A program made the position numbers and the translations under genes. From Flavobacteriaceae bacterium (GTDB taxonomy: Bacteria > Bacteroidota > Bacteroidia > Flavobacteriales > Flavobacteriaceae), in contig OZ245049.1 of the NCBI GenBank assembly GCA_965224465.1, positions 570,001-602,000 on the forward strand: a stretch of 32,000 nucleotides of DNA, given 5' to 3'. Under the pieces are notes generated by a model. It was not told the DNA's origin. It saw only the letters and a list, made by a program, of their open reading frames with translations, and searched no databases. Of the stretch, positions 9,038 to 18,542 are shown piece after piece; the stretch's first letter is position 1; each line of letters opens with the position of its first letter.

Positions 9038-9955
9038 TTATTTTTTATGTTGGTCTAGGTTTTTGTCACTTTCTTTGTCTTGTTTTTCGTTGTTTTTAGA
9101 AACCCGTCGTACATACACCGTTGCTTTATTTTTAAGTGCATTCTTTTTTACATCTTCATCAAAATCAAGCATGCGCGTAAATAATGGAAATGGAAGCCAT
9201 TTATTGGTGTAAAAAATCCAACCAAACTCACCATTGCTACCATCAAACTCAATAATCTCATTTGGAAATCTAATATTTTGATCTTCCACAAACCTATTAA
9301 ACCATTGCCCTAGGGGTATTCCTTCTGGAAGTTTTACAGAAAAGGAAGAGTAGTGGTTTGAATCTTGTGATCTCTTAATTTTAACGGTTACTTGCATCAG
9401 TCTAAACGTGTCTACATTATTCCAATATTCATCATTATTTTCTTCCAAATCAATGGTCCATGATTCGTAAAATGGCGTTGGAATTTTGACGAAAATATTT
9501 TTAGAAAACACATAAAATATAGGTACAAAAAACCATAAAACATTTAACATTGCCCATATAGAATAATTTAGTTTACTCAGCCAAGAAAACACTAAAAAAT
9601 AAATCCAACTCGCTAAAACAACCACTAAAAATAGCGCTAAGATCATATGCCATTTATTATCCCCTAGTCCTATGTTCTTATAAACCTTGGATTGTGTAAA
9701 CCAATTGAACAGTCCTGCCAATACTAAATAGCATAATATGGTTAAGATAAGTCCTCCCCATATAAATTCGTAACGCAACATTCCAAAAAGACTTGGTAAT
9801 GCCAATATTAAAGAGCTGACTAAAATAAAAATAATTAAATTCTTCATTTTCAAAGCTCCTTTTACTTTCCCTAGTTTACTCATAATAAGGACTCCTATCA
9901 CTAGAATAACAGGGGCTAATAAATAACGGAGGAAGAATGCTAATAATGTATTCAT
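9038..9955 (-). CDS. tssN: polytopic inner-membrane protein, probable TssN
   Basis: 305 aa with about 5 N-terminal TM helices followed by a soluble C-terminal domain of about 140 aa. Bacteroidota T6SS-iii context. Confidence 0.55.
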   Translation of the reverse strand: MNTLLAFFLRYLLAPVILVIGVLIMSKLGKVKGALKMKNLIIFILVSSLILALPSLFGMLRYEFIWGGLILTILCYLVLAGLFNWFTQSKVYKNIGLGDNKWHMILALFLVVVLASWIYFLVFSWLSKLNYSIWAMLNVLWFFVPIFYVFSKNIFVKIPTPFYESWTIDLEENNDEYWNNVDTFRLMQVTVKIKRSQDSNHYSSFSVKLPEGIPLGQWFNRFVEDQNIRFPNEIIEFDGSNGEFGWIFYTNKWLPFPLFTRMLDFDEDVKKNALKNKATVYVRRVSKNNEKQDKESDKNLDQHKK

Positions 9956-9976
9956 TTTTTTTGTTTATTTTTTTAA

Positions 9977-10894
9977 TTAAGCGTTTGTTGGAATGGTATC
10001 ATAGCCCAAGTAATTTTCTCCTAACATAAACCCTGTAGTTTTGGTAAATTGATACTGTACGTTCACTTCTCTATTTGAGAAAATAAAAAAACTTAATATT
10101 TTCTGAATAATATGGGTGCTTTTTTTGAGTTCTTTATATGCTGGAATTTTATCCATTATTACAGTAGCAATTATATCGTCTTGCTCACTTACAACAGGTC
10201 CTTGCGTTCCAAAATCATATCCCAAAACACAGAACCCTAAGCATTCGAAAGGACTTTCTATTAATATTTTAGTTGTATATGTTAACCTTATTTTATGGAC
10301 TAAAATAGCATGTAATAACATTTCTAATTCAGGTAGATTTTCCTTAAATTTTTCTGAGTTACAAAGATTCAAAAACAGTTTATATAGCTGTTCTTTGGAC
10401 AATGGAATATCCATTCGAATAATTTTTTTTGCTAAAGAAAACAAATTACCTCTAGCATACTCATCTGTAAATATATTCAGATACCTATTACATAATTTTA
10501 ACTGTTCCTTAAAAATAGCCGTATCAAAAGGGATAAAAAAATTAATATTAGCCTCTTCTACCCTTCTATTTTCTTTAATAGCATCTACAACTTCCCGATT
10601 ACTCATTGTAGAATTACTTATGGATAAGGGGTGAAAAAATATTTCTGGTAATTGATGATAAATACTATTCCTACTCAAATGGATAAAAACAGCTTCTTTT
10701 AAGGTATCTTCAGAAACATCTATTTCAGACGAAATATCCAATACATCCTTAGAAAAAGAGCGGCTATTCATCCCATGATTTTTTATCCAAAATTCTTGTT
10801 CCGTCTTCCCTTTGACCATAGATCGAAACTCTTCGAAAAATATTTCCGCTTTGTAATTTGTTATTTCGCTTCTTTTTATATCTTCTATTTCCAT
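9977..10894 (-). CDS. tssG: T6SS baseplate protein, probable TssG
   Basis: 305 aa soluble protein in the baseplate gene block. Its size fits Bacteroidota TssG. It is unusual in being separated from tssF by clpV. No diagnostic motif recognised. Confidence 0.45.
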   Translation of the reverse strand: MEIEDIKRSEITNYKAEIFFEEFRSMVKGKTEQEFWIKNHGMNSRSFSKDVLDISSEIDVSEDTLKEAVFIHLSRNSIYHQLPEIFFHPLSISNSTMSNREVVDAIKENRRVEEANINFFIPFDTAIFKEQLKLCNRYLNIFTDEYARGNLFSLAKKIIRMDIPLSKEQLYKLFLNLCNSEKFKENLPELEMLLHAILVHKIRLTYTTKILIESPFECLGFCVLGYDFGTQGPVVSEQDDIIATVIMDKIPAYKELKKSTHIIQKILSFFIFSNREVNVQYQFTKTTGFMLGENYLGYDTIPTNA

Positions 10895-10904
10895 AGGTAC
10901 ACTA

Positions 10905-13343
10905 TTATAGTTTTTCCCAAATTAAATTTCCGTCCTTGTAATTTACAAGTACTTCATCTGCCGACACAATACTCTCAGAAACAATCATTCTTGAAATTGC
11001 TTTTTTTATATAAGTACGTATTACCCCCGCAATAGGGCGTGCTCCGTACTTTTTAGAATAGCCCTTTCCCGATAAAAACACCAATGCCTGCTCCGATAAT
11101 TTTAAACGTATATTTTTTTGCTCTAACAGCTGCTTTTGCAAACTATTAAATTGCAATTTGAAAATTAATTTCGCTACGTCTTCATGGATTGGTGAAAAAG
11201 GAACCACCTCTGTTAATCTCCCTAAAAATTCAGGTCTAAAATGCTCCGTCATTACCTCGATTAACTGATTAGAACTTGGGATTTTACCCGCATCTATCTG
11301 GTCAGAAATCCATTGGCTTCCAATATTAGAGGTAAATATGATAATTGCATTTGAAAAATCTCCTTCACGTCCTAATTTATCGTGTATTTTACCTTCGTCC
11401 ATAATTTGAAGAAATACATCATATACAGAACTATGTGCTTTTTCAATTTCATCAAAAAGCACCACTGAATACGGTTTTTCTCTAATTTTATTCACCAGCA
11501 TTCCTCCTTCTTCATAGCCCACATACCCCGGAGGTGCTCCGTATAATAAAGCCGCGGAATGCTCTTCCTTAAATTCCGACATATCAAAACGAATCATTGC
11601 GTTTTCATCATCAAATAATAATTCTGCCAATGATTTTGTCAGTTCTGTTTTCCCTGTTCCCGTAGGCCCAAGAAAGAAGAAAGAACCAATTGGCTGATTT
11701 GGATTACTCAAGCCACTTCGAGATTCTATAATGGCATCAGAAAGCGTAGTAATTGCATGATCCTGCCCTTTTACGCGTTCGTTTAATTTTTTTTCTATAT
11801 TTAAAAGACGGTCTTTTTCTTCTGCTTTAATTTTCCCGATAGGAATTCCTGTAATGCTTGCTACTAAGGCCGAAATTTCGTTCTCGGTCACCTCCTTTAT
11901 AGGCACTTTAGCAATAGCACTCGCTTCCTTTAAATATGCTATGATGGTATTTCGGAGTTCTTTTTCCTCATCAATGGATAAAATAGCGTACTTCGTGGAT
12001 ATTTTAGTTAAAATTACTGGGCTTAACCTGTCGGTAGCCAAACGAAATATCAATTTTAATTTTGATACGGCATCTTCATCCTCTGCTGCAACATTCTTTA
12101 ATTGATTCTCTATAATTGCAATCTCTTTTATAGAATTGGTATTACTCATATATACCGATGCCAAGGTTCTGTCTAAAATATCAATAGCTCCATAGGGTAA
12201 TTTGTTTTCTTTAAAATAACGTCTGGAATATTGGATCGCTTCTGAAATGGCCTCTTTATCTATTTTTAATTGATAGTGTGCTGTTAAATTATAACGGTGA
12301 TTGTCCAGACACTTTAACAACAACATGTCCTCCAACTCTTCTAATTTAATAATTTCTAGCTTTCTATTTATAGCGTGCTTTTCAAAGGTTTTCCTATAGG
12401 CATCCGTATTTATGGTTGCAATAAGATTTAATTTACCATCTGTAAGTTGTGAGGCAATTAAATTAGTAATACTCCCAGAAGCCCCCGCATTTTCTGTTAA
12501 CACATGTATATCATCAATCACTAAAAGACAGCTATCCAATTTAGCAACCTTATCAAAAATATTACTTAATTTTTTAGCTACTTCATTTGAATTCGCACAA
12601 TTCGCCAATAATTTAGAGGTCTTTAGACCCAATATCATTTTTTCAATCAATAGCGGATTTTCCGATTCTGCTAAGTATTTCACCAAGGCTTTTACAATCC
12701 CAGTTTTTCCTACACCAGAATCACCTACAATCAATACGCCTCTGTTTTCTTGTCGCTCTAAACTTTCTAAAATTCTACGTATTTCTTTATCCCTACCAAT
12801 AATTAAACTTCCTTGGTCTAGGTTTTTTTGTGTGACTAAATTTGTGCAATAAGGAATTGTTTCAATAAATTCTGAAGTCTCTTTTTCTGTTAAGCTCTTA
12901 GAGGAATAAATGGGAGAATCGTACAAGCTTAAAATATCTTCTTCTCTAATTGTAAGCGTTTCTAATTGCTTATTATCATACACAACTCCTTTTCTTATAA
13001 TGGCTATAAAAACACAAACAGCGTCTATATAATCTGTCCCTAATTTTATTTTAGAACGCTCAGATTCTTCAAATACACGCACTACTTCACTGTCTGGTTG
13101 TATTGCTTCTTCTTCCTTTTTTTCTTCAGAAACGTACATTTCCTGATGCATTTCGAACCAATCTTGTATATACGAAAGGTCTTTGCCTGTACTTGTCAAT
13201 ATTTCGGAAAGTCCCGTTGGCTCCATAAGTAGGGAAATTGCCAAATGTGCCACGCCGTAGGAGGGAAATCCGTCTTTAATTGCAACTGATTTTGCAAGTC
13301 TCACTGCGGAAACCAAACTTGGACTAAAATTATTTTCTATCAT
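10905..13343 (-). CDS. tssH: ClpV (TssH) AAA+ ATPase
   Basis: 812 aa with a Clp N-like domain. AAA-1 has Walker A GDSGVGKTG and Walker B LLVIDDIH. AAA-2 has Walker A GPTGTGKTE and Walker B VVLFDEIEKA, plus the sensor-2 region YGARPIAGVIR. Confidence 0.93.
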   Translation of the reverse strand: MIENNFSPSLVSAVRLAKSVAIKDGFPSYGVAHLAISLLMEPTGLSEILTSTGKDLSYIQDWFEMHQEMYVSEEKKEEEAIQPDSEVVRVFEESERSKIKLGTDYIDAVCVFIAIIRKGVVYDNKQLETLTIREEDILSLYDSPIYSSKSLTEKETSEFIETIPYCTNLVTQKNLDQGSLIIGRDKEIRRILESLERQENRGVLIVGDSGVGKTGIVKALVKYLAESENPLLIEKMILGLKTSKLLANCANSNEVAKKLSNIFDKVAKLDSCLLVIDDIHVLTENAGASGSITNLIASQLTDGKLNLIATINTDAYRKTFEKHAINRKLEIIKLEELEDMLLLKCLDNHRYNLTAHYQLKIDKEAISEAIQYSRRYFKENKLPYGAIDILDRTLASVYMSNTNSIKEIAIIENQLKNVAAEDEDAVSKLKLIFRLATDRLSPVILTKISTKYAILSIDEEKELRNTIIAYLKEASAIAKVPIKEVTENEISALVASITGIPIGKIKAEEKDRLLNIEKKLNERVKGQDHAITTLSDAIIESRSGLSNPNQPIGSFFFLGPTGTGKTELTKSLAELLFDDENAMIRFDMSEFKEEHSAALLYGAPPGYVGYEEGGMLVNKIREKPYSVVLFDEIEKAHSSVYDVFLQIMDEGKIHDKLGREGDFSNAIIIFTSNIGSQWISDQIDAGKIPSSNQLIEVMTEHFRPEFLGRLTEVVPFSPIHEDVAKLIFKLQFNSLQKQLLEQKNIRLKLSEQALVFLSGKGYSKKYGARPIAGVIRTYIKKAISRMIVSESIVSADEVLVNYKDGNLIWEKL

Positions 13344-13350
13344 GAATATA

Positions 13351-15126
13351 TTATAGAATGGTTACATTATAAGGAATGGTGTGCACTGATTTATTTTGCA
13401 ACATCATTTGTAAAAAATGACTCAACCTTTTTTTATTATCTTCATCTAACGTTCCTTCCGAACTAATTTTAATTGAAACTTCTACCGTCCGTACAAGTCC
13501 CTGTTTTCTGCTAGGCGAAAGTCCTACTCCTGGTTTTATAGAAACAGTTTCTATAATTCCCCCAACAGTCATCTTTACAAAAGCCTTTATATCCTCATTC
13601 GATACAATTCTATCTTTGGAAATTAAGCCATACCTTAAACTTCTGATTTTTTCCTTTTCACCTTTACGTATTACCCCTCCAACACTTTCTGTTTGTAGTA
13701 TTATAGAGTTCGCTAGCAAGCCTCCAGATTTGTATTCGTTTAGCAAGGTGCCTTTTTCTACTCCATTTAGCATATTAACATCTGAAACCCAATACTTACA
13801 TTCAAACACGTGGGAGGTTTTATAGGGTATCGCTAATAAATATACTTTTTCATCACCTCCATTCACTCCTTTATAACCATACTCTACTTTCAATTGCAGA
13901 TCGTCTAATTTTATATTTAAATCCTCTAAGAAAGCATTTAATAAATCATACCCTATGGCAGAAAAAGAGCTACCTTCCTCACGTACAGTTTGTATCATTT
14001 TCTCTAATACAGACTTTGCATTACGTTCGTCAAACTGTTCAACATCCCCGAAAAACAACGAATAAGAGCCTTCTAAATCATCAATATTACTTTTAAGTAC
14101 ACTTTGATATTCCTCTCCTTTATCATCTAACAAAGATTCTATATTTAAAAAACACTCTGAACTAAGTGGAGAAATAGAAACTATTTTCCCATTCTTTAAT
14201 ATAGCATGTTGCTTATCGGATAACCTCCTATTCACAACTGGAAACGTATTTAGTGAAATTGATAGCTTCCCCAATTCTTCTTTATTAAAAGCCACAGGAA
14301 ACGAAAGTTTTAGCCAAAATAGTTCTGTATCGTATTCTACTATTTTTTCGCTATTAAATGCATCTCCAACCTTGTTAATAAGTGATTTTTGTTTTTTAGA
14401 GCTATTAGAAAGGTCTATTTCGTAAAGATAATTTTTATAATAAGTATGTACAGAGTCAAAATAATGCTCGTCTTTTTCTGCTACATTTTCTCGTAGTAAT
14501 AAATCTAGTTTATTGCCATCTTCATCAAAAACCTCTACCAATTTTATATAAGAATCTAACAAGGAACCATTTAATAAAATACAGATAGGAAGCGTCTTAA
14601 TTTTTTTCAACAAAGAGGGCTTAATAGCTATACCAACCCAAACAACATAATCGTCCACTTTATAACCTTCCATTGATTCTCTAACCATTTTATCTTGACC
14701 ACACTCATCATTTAATCTTAATTTTTTATCAAAATAAGTACCATGTACATGTGCCTTAAAAATGCGCTGTTCGTTTAATGGTGTAAAGTAAATATCATAT
14801 AACCTTTTTGTCTTTACAGATTTCTGTAAGTAAAAGTGATTTGTTCTAGTAACAACGTCCATATTCTCTGTAGGCATCGCTTTTAAAAGAGCATGTGAAG
14901 GCAATGGCAAAGACCATTGTTCATTCACTAATATTTTTGAGATTCTTGACAAAAGCTTTCCGTCAGAAATTTTAACATCTTGGTACAATTTAGAGAATTC
15001 ATACGAAAACACATCTAACATTAAATCTATAAGTGGATCTAAGGCTCTCTCGTCACTAACCTCCCATAATTCCATAGAACGTTTTCGCATACGCTCTTTG
15101 ATTTTTCTGTAATTTTCATCTACCAT
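13351..15126 (-). CDS. tssF: T6SS baseplate protein TssF
   Basis: 591 aa, immediately downstream of the gp25-like tssE (12-nt gap). Size and position are typical of TssF. Confidence 0.7.
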   Translation of the reverse strand: MVDENYRKIKERMRKRSMELWEVSDERALDPLIDLMLDVFSYEFSKLYQDVKISDGKLLSRISKILVNEQWSLPLPSHALLKAMPTENMDVVTRTNHFYLQKSVKTKRLYDIYFTPLNEQRIFKAHVHGTYFDKKLRLNDECGQDKMVRESMEGYKVDDYVVWVGIAIKPSLLKKIKTLPICILLNGSLLDSYIKLVEVFDEDGNKLDLLLRENVAEKDEHYFDSVHTYYKNYLYEIDLSNSSKKQKSLINKVGDAFNSEKIVEYDTELFWLKLSFPVAFNKEELGKLSISLNTFPVVNRRLSDKQHAILKNGKIVSISPLSSECFLNIESLLDDKGEEYQSVLKSNIDDLEGSYSLFFGDVEQFDERNAKSVLEKMIQTVREEGSSFSAIGYDLLNAFLEDLNIKLDDLQLKVEYGYKGVNGGDEKVYLLAIPYKTSHVFECKYWVSDVNMLNGVEKGTLLNEYKSGGLLANSIILQTESVGGVIRKGEKEKIRSLRYGLISKDRIVSNEDIKAFVKMTVGGIIETVSIKPGVGLSPSRKQGLVRTVEVSIKISSEGTLDEDNKKRLSHFLQMMLQNKSVHTIPYNVTIL

Positions 15127-15138
15127 AATTTGCGGTTT

Positions 15139-15567
15139 TTATTGCGATAAAGGACTAACGTATACTGAAGTATTGAAATTAAAAACTTCTCCCGTTTGAA
15201 AAAGTCTCCCTGCAACTCTAATTACAGCTTTTCGTTTTATCTCTGAATATGTTTTTGAACTGGCATCCATCTCAACTTCACTCAAGACAACATTTACCTT
15301 TACATCGTACAATCTATTTTCATACTTATTAACGGTACGTATCAAAGATTTTCGCACAAGTTCTTCCCATTTGTGAAGTTTTACGAGCTGATTAAATTCT
15401 AATTCCCAAATATCGGAACCAAAATCTTCTCTTCCCGCAACCTCTCCATATCTACAAGTTATTTGCATCATTAAATGCTGAGCAACAGATTCTTCCAAGG
15501 AGCAACGCTCTATAGTGGCAATCTTTAGCATTTCCGAAAAGTCTAAAGGCAACTTAAGGTAATTCAT
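15139..15567 (-). CDS. tssE: T6SS baseplate protein TssE (gp25/GPW-like)
   Basis: 142 aa, gp25-like size. It is the first gene of the minus-strand operon and divergent from tssB. The segment SVAQHLMMQITCRYGEVAGREDFGSDIWELEF resembles the gp25 family core. Confidence 0.75.
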   Translation of the reverse strand: MNYLKLPLDFSEMLKIATIERCSLEESVAQHLMMQITCRYGEVAGREDFGSDIWELEFNQLVKLHKWEELVRKSLIRTVNKYENRLYDVKVNVVLSEVEMDASSKTYSEIKRKAVIRVAGRLFQTGEVFNFNTSVYVSPLSQ

Positions 15568-15664
15568 AGTAAAGTAATTTTTCTTTTTCGCAACAAAGAT
15601 TAATAAAAATAACGGTTATCGTAAAGAATATTCAAATTATTTTTTATTTTAGCACAAAAAAACT
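15568..15664. promoter_or_regulatory. divergent promoter region between tssE and tssB
   Basis: 97-bp AT-rich intergenic region between two divergent operons. TATTTTAG (15645-15652) is a 7/8 match to the Bacteroidota -7 box TAnnTTTG on the + strand. No experimental support. Confidence 0.3.
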
Positions 15665-16123
15665 ATGTCAATGTATAATTATGGAATTGGAGGAAACGAG
15701 GTCGAAGTAAATGCTAATGAAGCAATATCAGACATTCCCGCAAACAGAACACTATTAATTCAAAAACTTACCAATGAAAGCCCGGTAAACCCAGAAGCAG
15801 TTTACGGTTTACAAACGGTTGAAGATGTATTTGAAAAATTTTCACCAAAAATAGATATCGAATTTAAAGATAAAAATGGAGCGGATATTAAAGAAATGAT
15901 CGCGTTTAAAAATTTAGGAGACTTTAACCCAAAATCTATTAAAGAAAATAGTTCTTTTTTAAGCAGGTTAAATATTGAGCAAGAGCAAAATACGAAAACG
16001 GTAAGACAGCTTACGTCTAATAGAGCCCTTAAAAAAGCACTTGAAAACCCTGAGACAAGAGCCGCTATTCTTGAATTACTAGAAAACTCCTTAAAGGAAA
16101 TTGAAACCAAAAATTCTATCTAA
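15665..16123 (+). CDS. tssB: T6SS contractile sheath small subunit TssB
   Basis: 152 aa, immediately upstream of the 450-aa TssC-like gene. Size and acidic composition are typical of the Bacteroidota TssB family. Confidence 0.8.
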   Translation: MSMYNYGIGGNEVEVNANEAISDIPANRTLLIQKLTNESPVNPEAVYGLQTVEDVFEKFSPKIDIEFKDKNGADIKEMIAFKNLGDFNPKSIKENSSFLSRLNIEQEQNTKTVRQLTSNRALKKALENPETRAAILELLENSLKEIETKNSI

Positions 16124-16149
16124 ATCTAACGCTATTTAAAAGAAAATTT

Positions 16150-17502
16150 ATGTCAAATAAACCACAAAGTAAAGCAACTACACTTGTAAGACCAAGTAAA
16201 GTAACTAAAGGTACAAATGCCTTAGACGAATATGGTGGATTTTCATTTTTGGAAAACATTATTGATGGGTTTTCAAATTTAAATCCAAAAAGAAAAGCTA
16301 GAAGAAACATCTTTTTAACAGATCCCTTATGGGATACTGAACGTCAAAACCTAACCAACAGATTAAATGTTTGGATCGATTTATTAAAAAGCGGAAAAGA
16401 TGTGGAAGGCATGCGAGATGTCGCCAAAGAAAAGGCCGAAAATGCTGAATCTTTATTGCATGTTAATTTAAAAAACGCTTTAAAATCAACAGAAGAACTA
16501 GAACGCTCTTACAGATCTGTAGCACTCTTCTATAAAAATTCAGAATCGGATAAAGTTAAAAATATCACCATTTTAAATGCAGAAATGGATCAGTTAAGGG
16601 ATCTAGACAACCCAATTTTTATTGATTTTGTAGCGAATGAATTAAAACAAAATTTTGATCGCCTAGATTTAAGAACCAATTATGGAATCCTCACCATCCC
16701 AGGTTATTTAGGCTCCAATGCTATATTGGATAAGTGGTCTAAAGTAGCCTATGCTAATAAAACCATTTTGGTTACAGACTTCCAAGACTTAGAATCTCCC
16801 AATGATGTTGTGGATATTTTCTTTAATGCAGACCATACAGGAGGTGATGTATTTAAGTCTAATACTTTAATGACTTGTAACTGGTTATTAGGCAGAAAAA
16901 AAGATGATATTATTGGAGAAGAAGAAAATATTTACATACCACCCTCGACTGCTTTAGCAGGAAAAATATACAGCACCTTAATGTCTCAAGTAGTTGCAGG
17001 TAAAAAGTTTGGAGGTATTAACGAAGTAGAAAGTGTTCGCTTTGATCTAAAGAAAAGTGAAATTTCTGAATTGGAAAAGATAGGCTTGGTACCAATGGTT
17101 AATGAATATAGTAAAGTGATGGCTTTTTCTGCTAAAACTTTATTTAATGGCGATAACTTAGGATTGCAAACCTATTCCGTTGTTCGTGTTTTTGATCATA
17201 TTACAAAAGTTTTGTTTGACTTCTTAAACAGAAGGGCTTTTGAAAATTGGACCACTAGAACAGAGGCTGACTTAAGGAGTCAAATTGTTAAATTCTTAGA
17301 TAATATCCAAGGAGCTTCTAAATTAATAGAGAAATTTAAAGTTGTAAAAATAGAACAAGACCCTAACCAAAAAGACAGGGTGTTATTAGACATTCATATT
17401 ACGCCTTATTTTCCAGCCAAAAGTTTTGTAATTCAGTTAGATGGTCACAAAGGTGACGGACCTGAAAAAGCTGAATGGCACAGTGAATATAAACAAGTAT
17501 AA
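16150..17502 (+). CDS. tssC: T6SS contractile sheath large subunit TssC
   Basis: 450 aa, paired with tssB (26-nt gap) and followed by a strong terminator. The size fits Bacteroidota TssC. Confidence 0.85.
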   Translation: MSNKPQSKATTLVRPSKVTKGTNALDEYGGFSFLENIIDGFSNLNPKRKARRNIFLTDPLWDTERQNLTNRLNVWIDLLKSGKDVEGMRDVAKEKAENAESLLHVNLKNALKSTEELERSYRSVALFYKNSESDKVKNITILNAEMDQLRDLDNPIFIDFVANELKQNFDRLDLRTNYGILTIPGYLGSNAILDKWSKVAYANKTILVTDFQDLESPNDVVDIFFNADHTGGDVFKSNTLMTCNWLLGRKKDDIIGEEENIYIPPSTALAGKIYSTLMSQVVAGKKFGGINEVESVRFDLKKSEISELEKIGLVPMVNEYSKVMAFSAKTLFNGDNLGLQTYSVVRVFDHITKVLFDFLNRRAFENWTTRTEADLRSQIVKFLDNIQGASKLIEKFKVVKIEQDPNQKDRVLLDIHITPYFPAKSFVIQLDGHKGDGPEKAEWHSEYKQV

Positions 17503-17527
17503 ATAGTATCTATAAATGTATAAAAAA

Positions 17528-17558
17528 GGCTGTTTACAATTTAAACAGCCTTTTTTTT
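17528..17558 (+). terminator. Rho-independent terminator after tssC
   Basis: GGCTGTTTAcaattTAAACAGCC is a 9-bp perfect stem with a 5-nt loop, followed by T8. Confidence 0.8.
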
Positions 17559-17583
17559 GTTTAACTTCTACAATAAAAAAATA

Positions 17584-18222
17584 ATGAAAAAAATATTTAT
17601 TTTCTATTCTTTACTTCTTTTTGTATGTCATGATAATTATGCACAGGACAGTAATAACCTATGGATTATTGGATTAGGAACAAATGCGGTAGATTTCTAC
17701 CCAACAAATGAATCTGAAACTATTACAGGAAACCAAGCAGGTTTAGGAAGTCAACTTTTTAATGTAAACGATCACTGGAACAAATTTGGTCTTCCAAAAA
17801 TTAATATTACGCGATACCTTTCAAAACGTTTTTCTGCTGACATTTCTTTTGCTATGAATAAAATAAAAATAATTGGAGAACATAAAATTGATGAAATCTC
17901 GTACCAAACTATTGACGCAAGGCTGCAATACAGTTTTTTAAAAGACAACTATAAATTCTCTCCTAATATCTCTATTGGAATAGGGCGCACTTGGCTTGAC
18001 AATATAGGATCAGAAACCCTTAATGGAGGTTTAGGAATTACGTATTGGTTTACTGAACAGTTTGGTATAAACGGGATGGCAAGTTACAAATACACTCTCG
18101 GTAAACAGCCTAAGATATTACAGCATTTATGCTACTCCGCAAGTATTGTATTTAGATTTGGCAGTAAAAAAGAAGATATAAACTGCGAAGACTGCCTAAA
18201 AAAAGAAGAGCTCGAACAGTAA
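17584..18222 (+). CDS. small outer-membrane beta-barrel (porin/OmpW-like) protein
   Basis: Start taken at MKKIFIFYSLLLFVCHDNYA/QD (signal peptide); the ORF track begins 27 nt earlier. It has alternating amphipathic beta-strand patterns and aromatic-rich segments (GLGITYWFTEQFGINGMASYKY, YSASIVFRFG). Confidence 0.6.
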   Translation: MKKIFIFYSLLLFVCHDNYAQDSNNLWIIGLGTNAVDFYPTNESETITGNQAGLGSQLFNVNDHWNKFGLPKINITRYLSKRFSADISFAMNKIKIIGEHKIDEISYQTIDARLQYSFLKDNYKFSPNISIGIGRTWLDNIGSETLNGGLGITYWFTEQFGINGMASYKYTLGKQPKILQHLCYSASIVFRFGSKKEDINCEDCLKKEELEQ

Positions 18223-18249
18223 TACCAACTAATTTTCCAAGCGACGGTT

Positions 18250-18470
18250 TAAAAATGAAATTATAAATAGTATAAATCCAAGTTGTAATTACTGTTCAAT
18301 CCTATTAAAAAAGGAATACGAAAAAGCACCATACCCAGATTATAGTGTAGAAACATCTCTCTTAAAACAGCAGAAATCTACCCTAAAACCATAGAAATGA
18401 ACAATAAAAAATAGTTGGATCGCTTGAAAATTTAAAAAATTTGAATATTCTTAACAAAAACCAATACATA
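18250..18470 (+). pseudogene. decayed 3' end of a tyrosine recombinase gene (remnant copy A)
   Basis: Homologous at roughly 70% by eye to 30719-30915. It reads ...KTAEIYPKTIE...IVGSLENL with stops and frameshifts, corresponding to the ...TTEIYTH......SPLD.L C-terminus of Bacteroidota integrases. Confidence 0.45.
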
Positions 18471-18542
18471 CCCCGAAACTATTATAGACATAACGGAAAT
18501 AACGTCAAGTTTTGGAAGTTTATTGATGATATACGGGTGTTG
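18471..18542 (+). repeat. conserved 72-nt cassette leader, copy A
   Basis: CCCCGAAACTATTATAGACATAACGGAAATAACGTCAAGTTTTGGAAGTTTATTGATGATATACGGGTGTTG. It is 70/72 identical to 30916-30987, and similarity stops exactly after GGTGTTG in both copies. Confidence 0.85.

Noticed and set aside
10116-12852. Plus-strand ORFs 10116-10634, 10775-11035, 11854-12105 and 12412-12852
   Set aside because: They are antisense shadows of tssG and clpV. clpV has unambiguous Walker motifs on the minus strand.
15802-16310. Minus-strand ORFs 15802-16110 and 16116-16310
   Set aside because: They are antisense to tssB and tssC, with no independent support.
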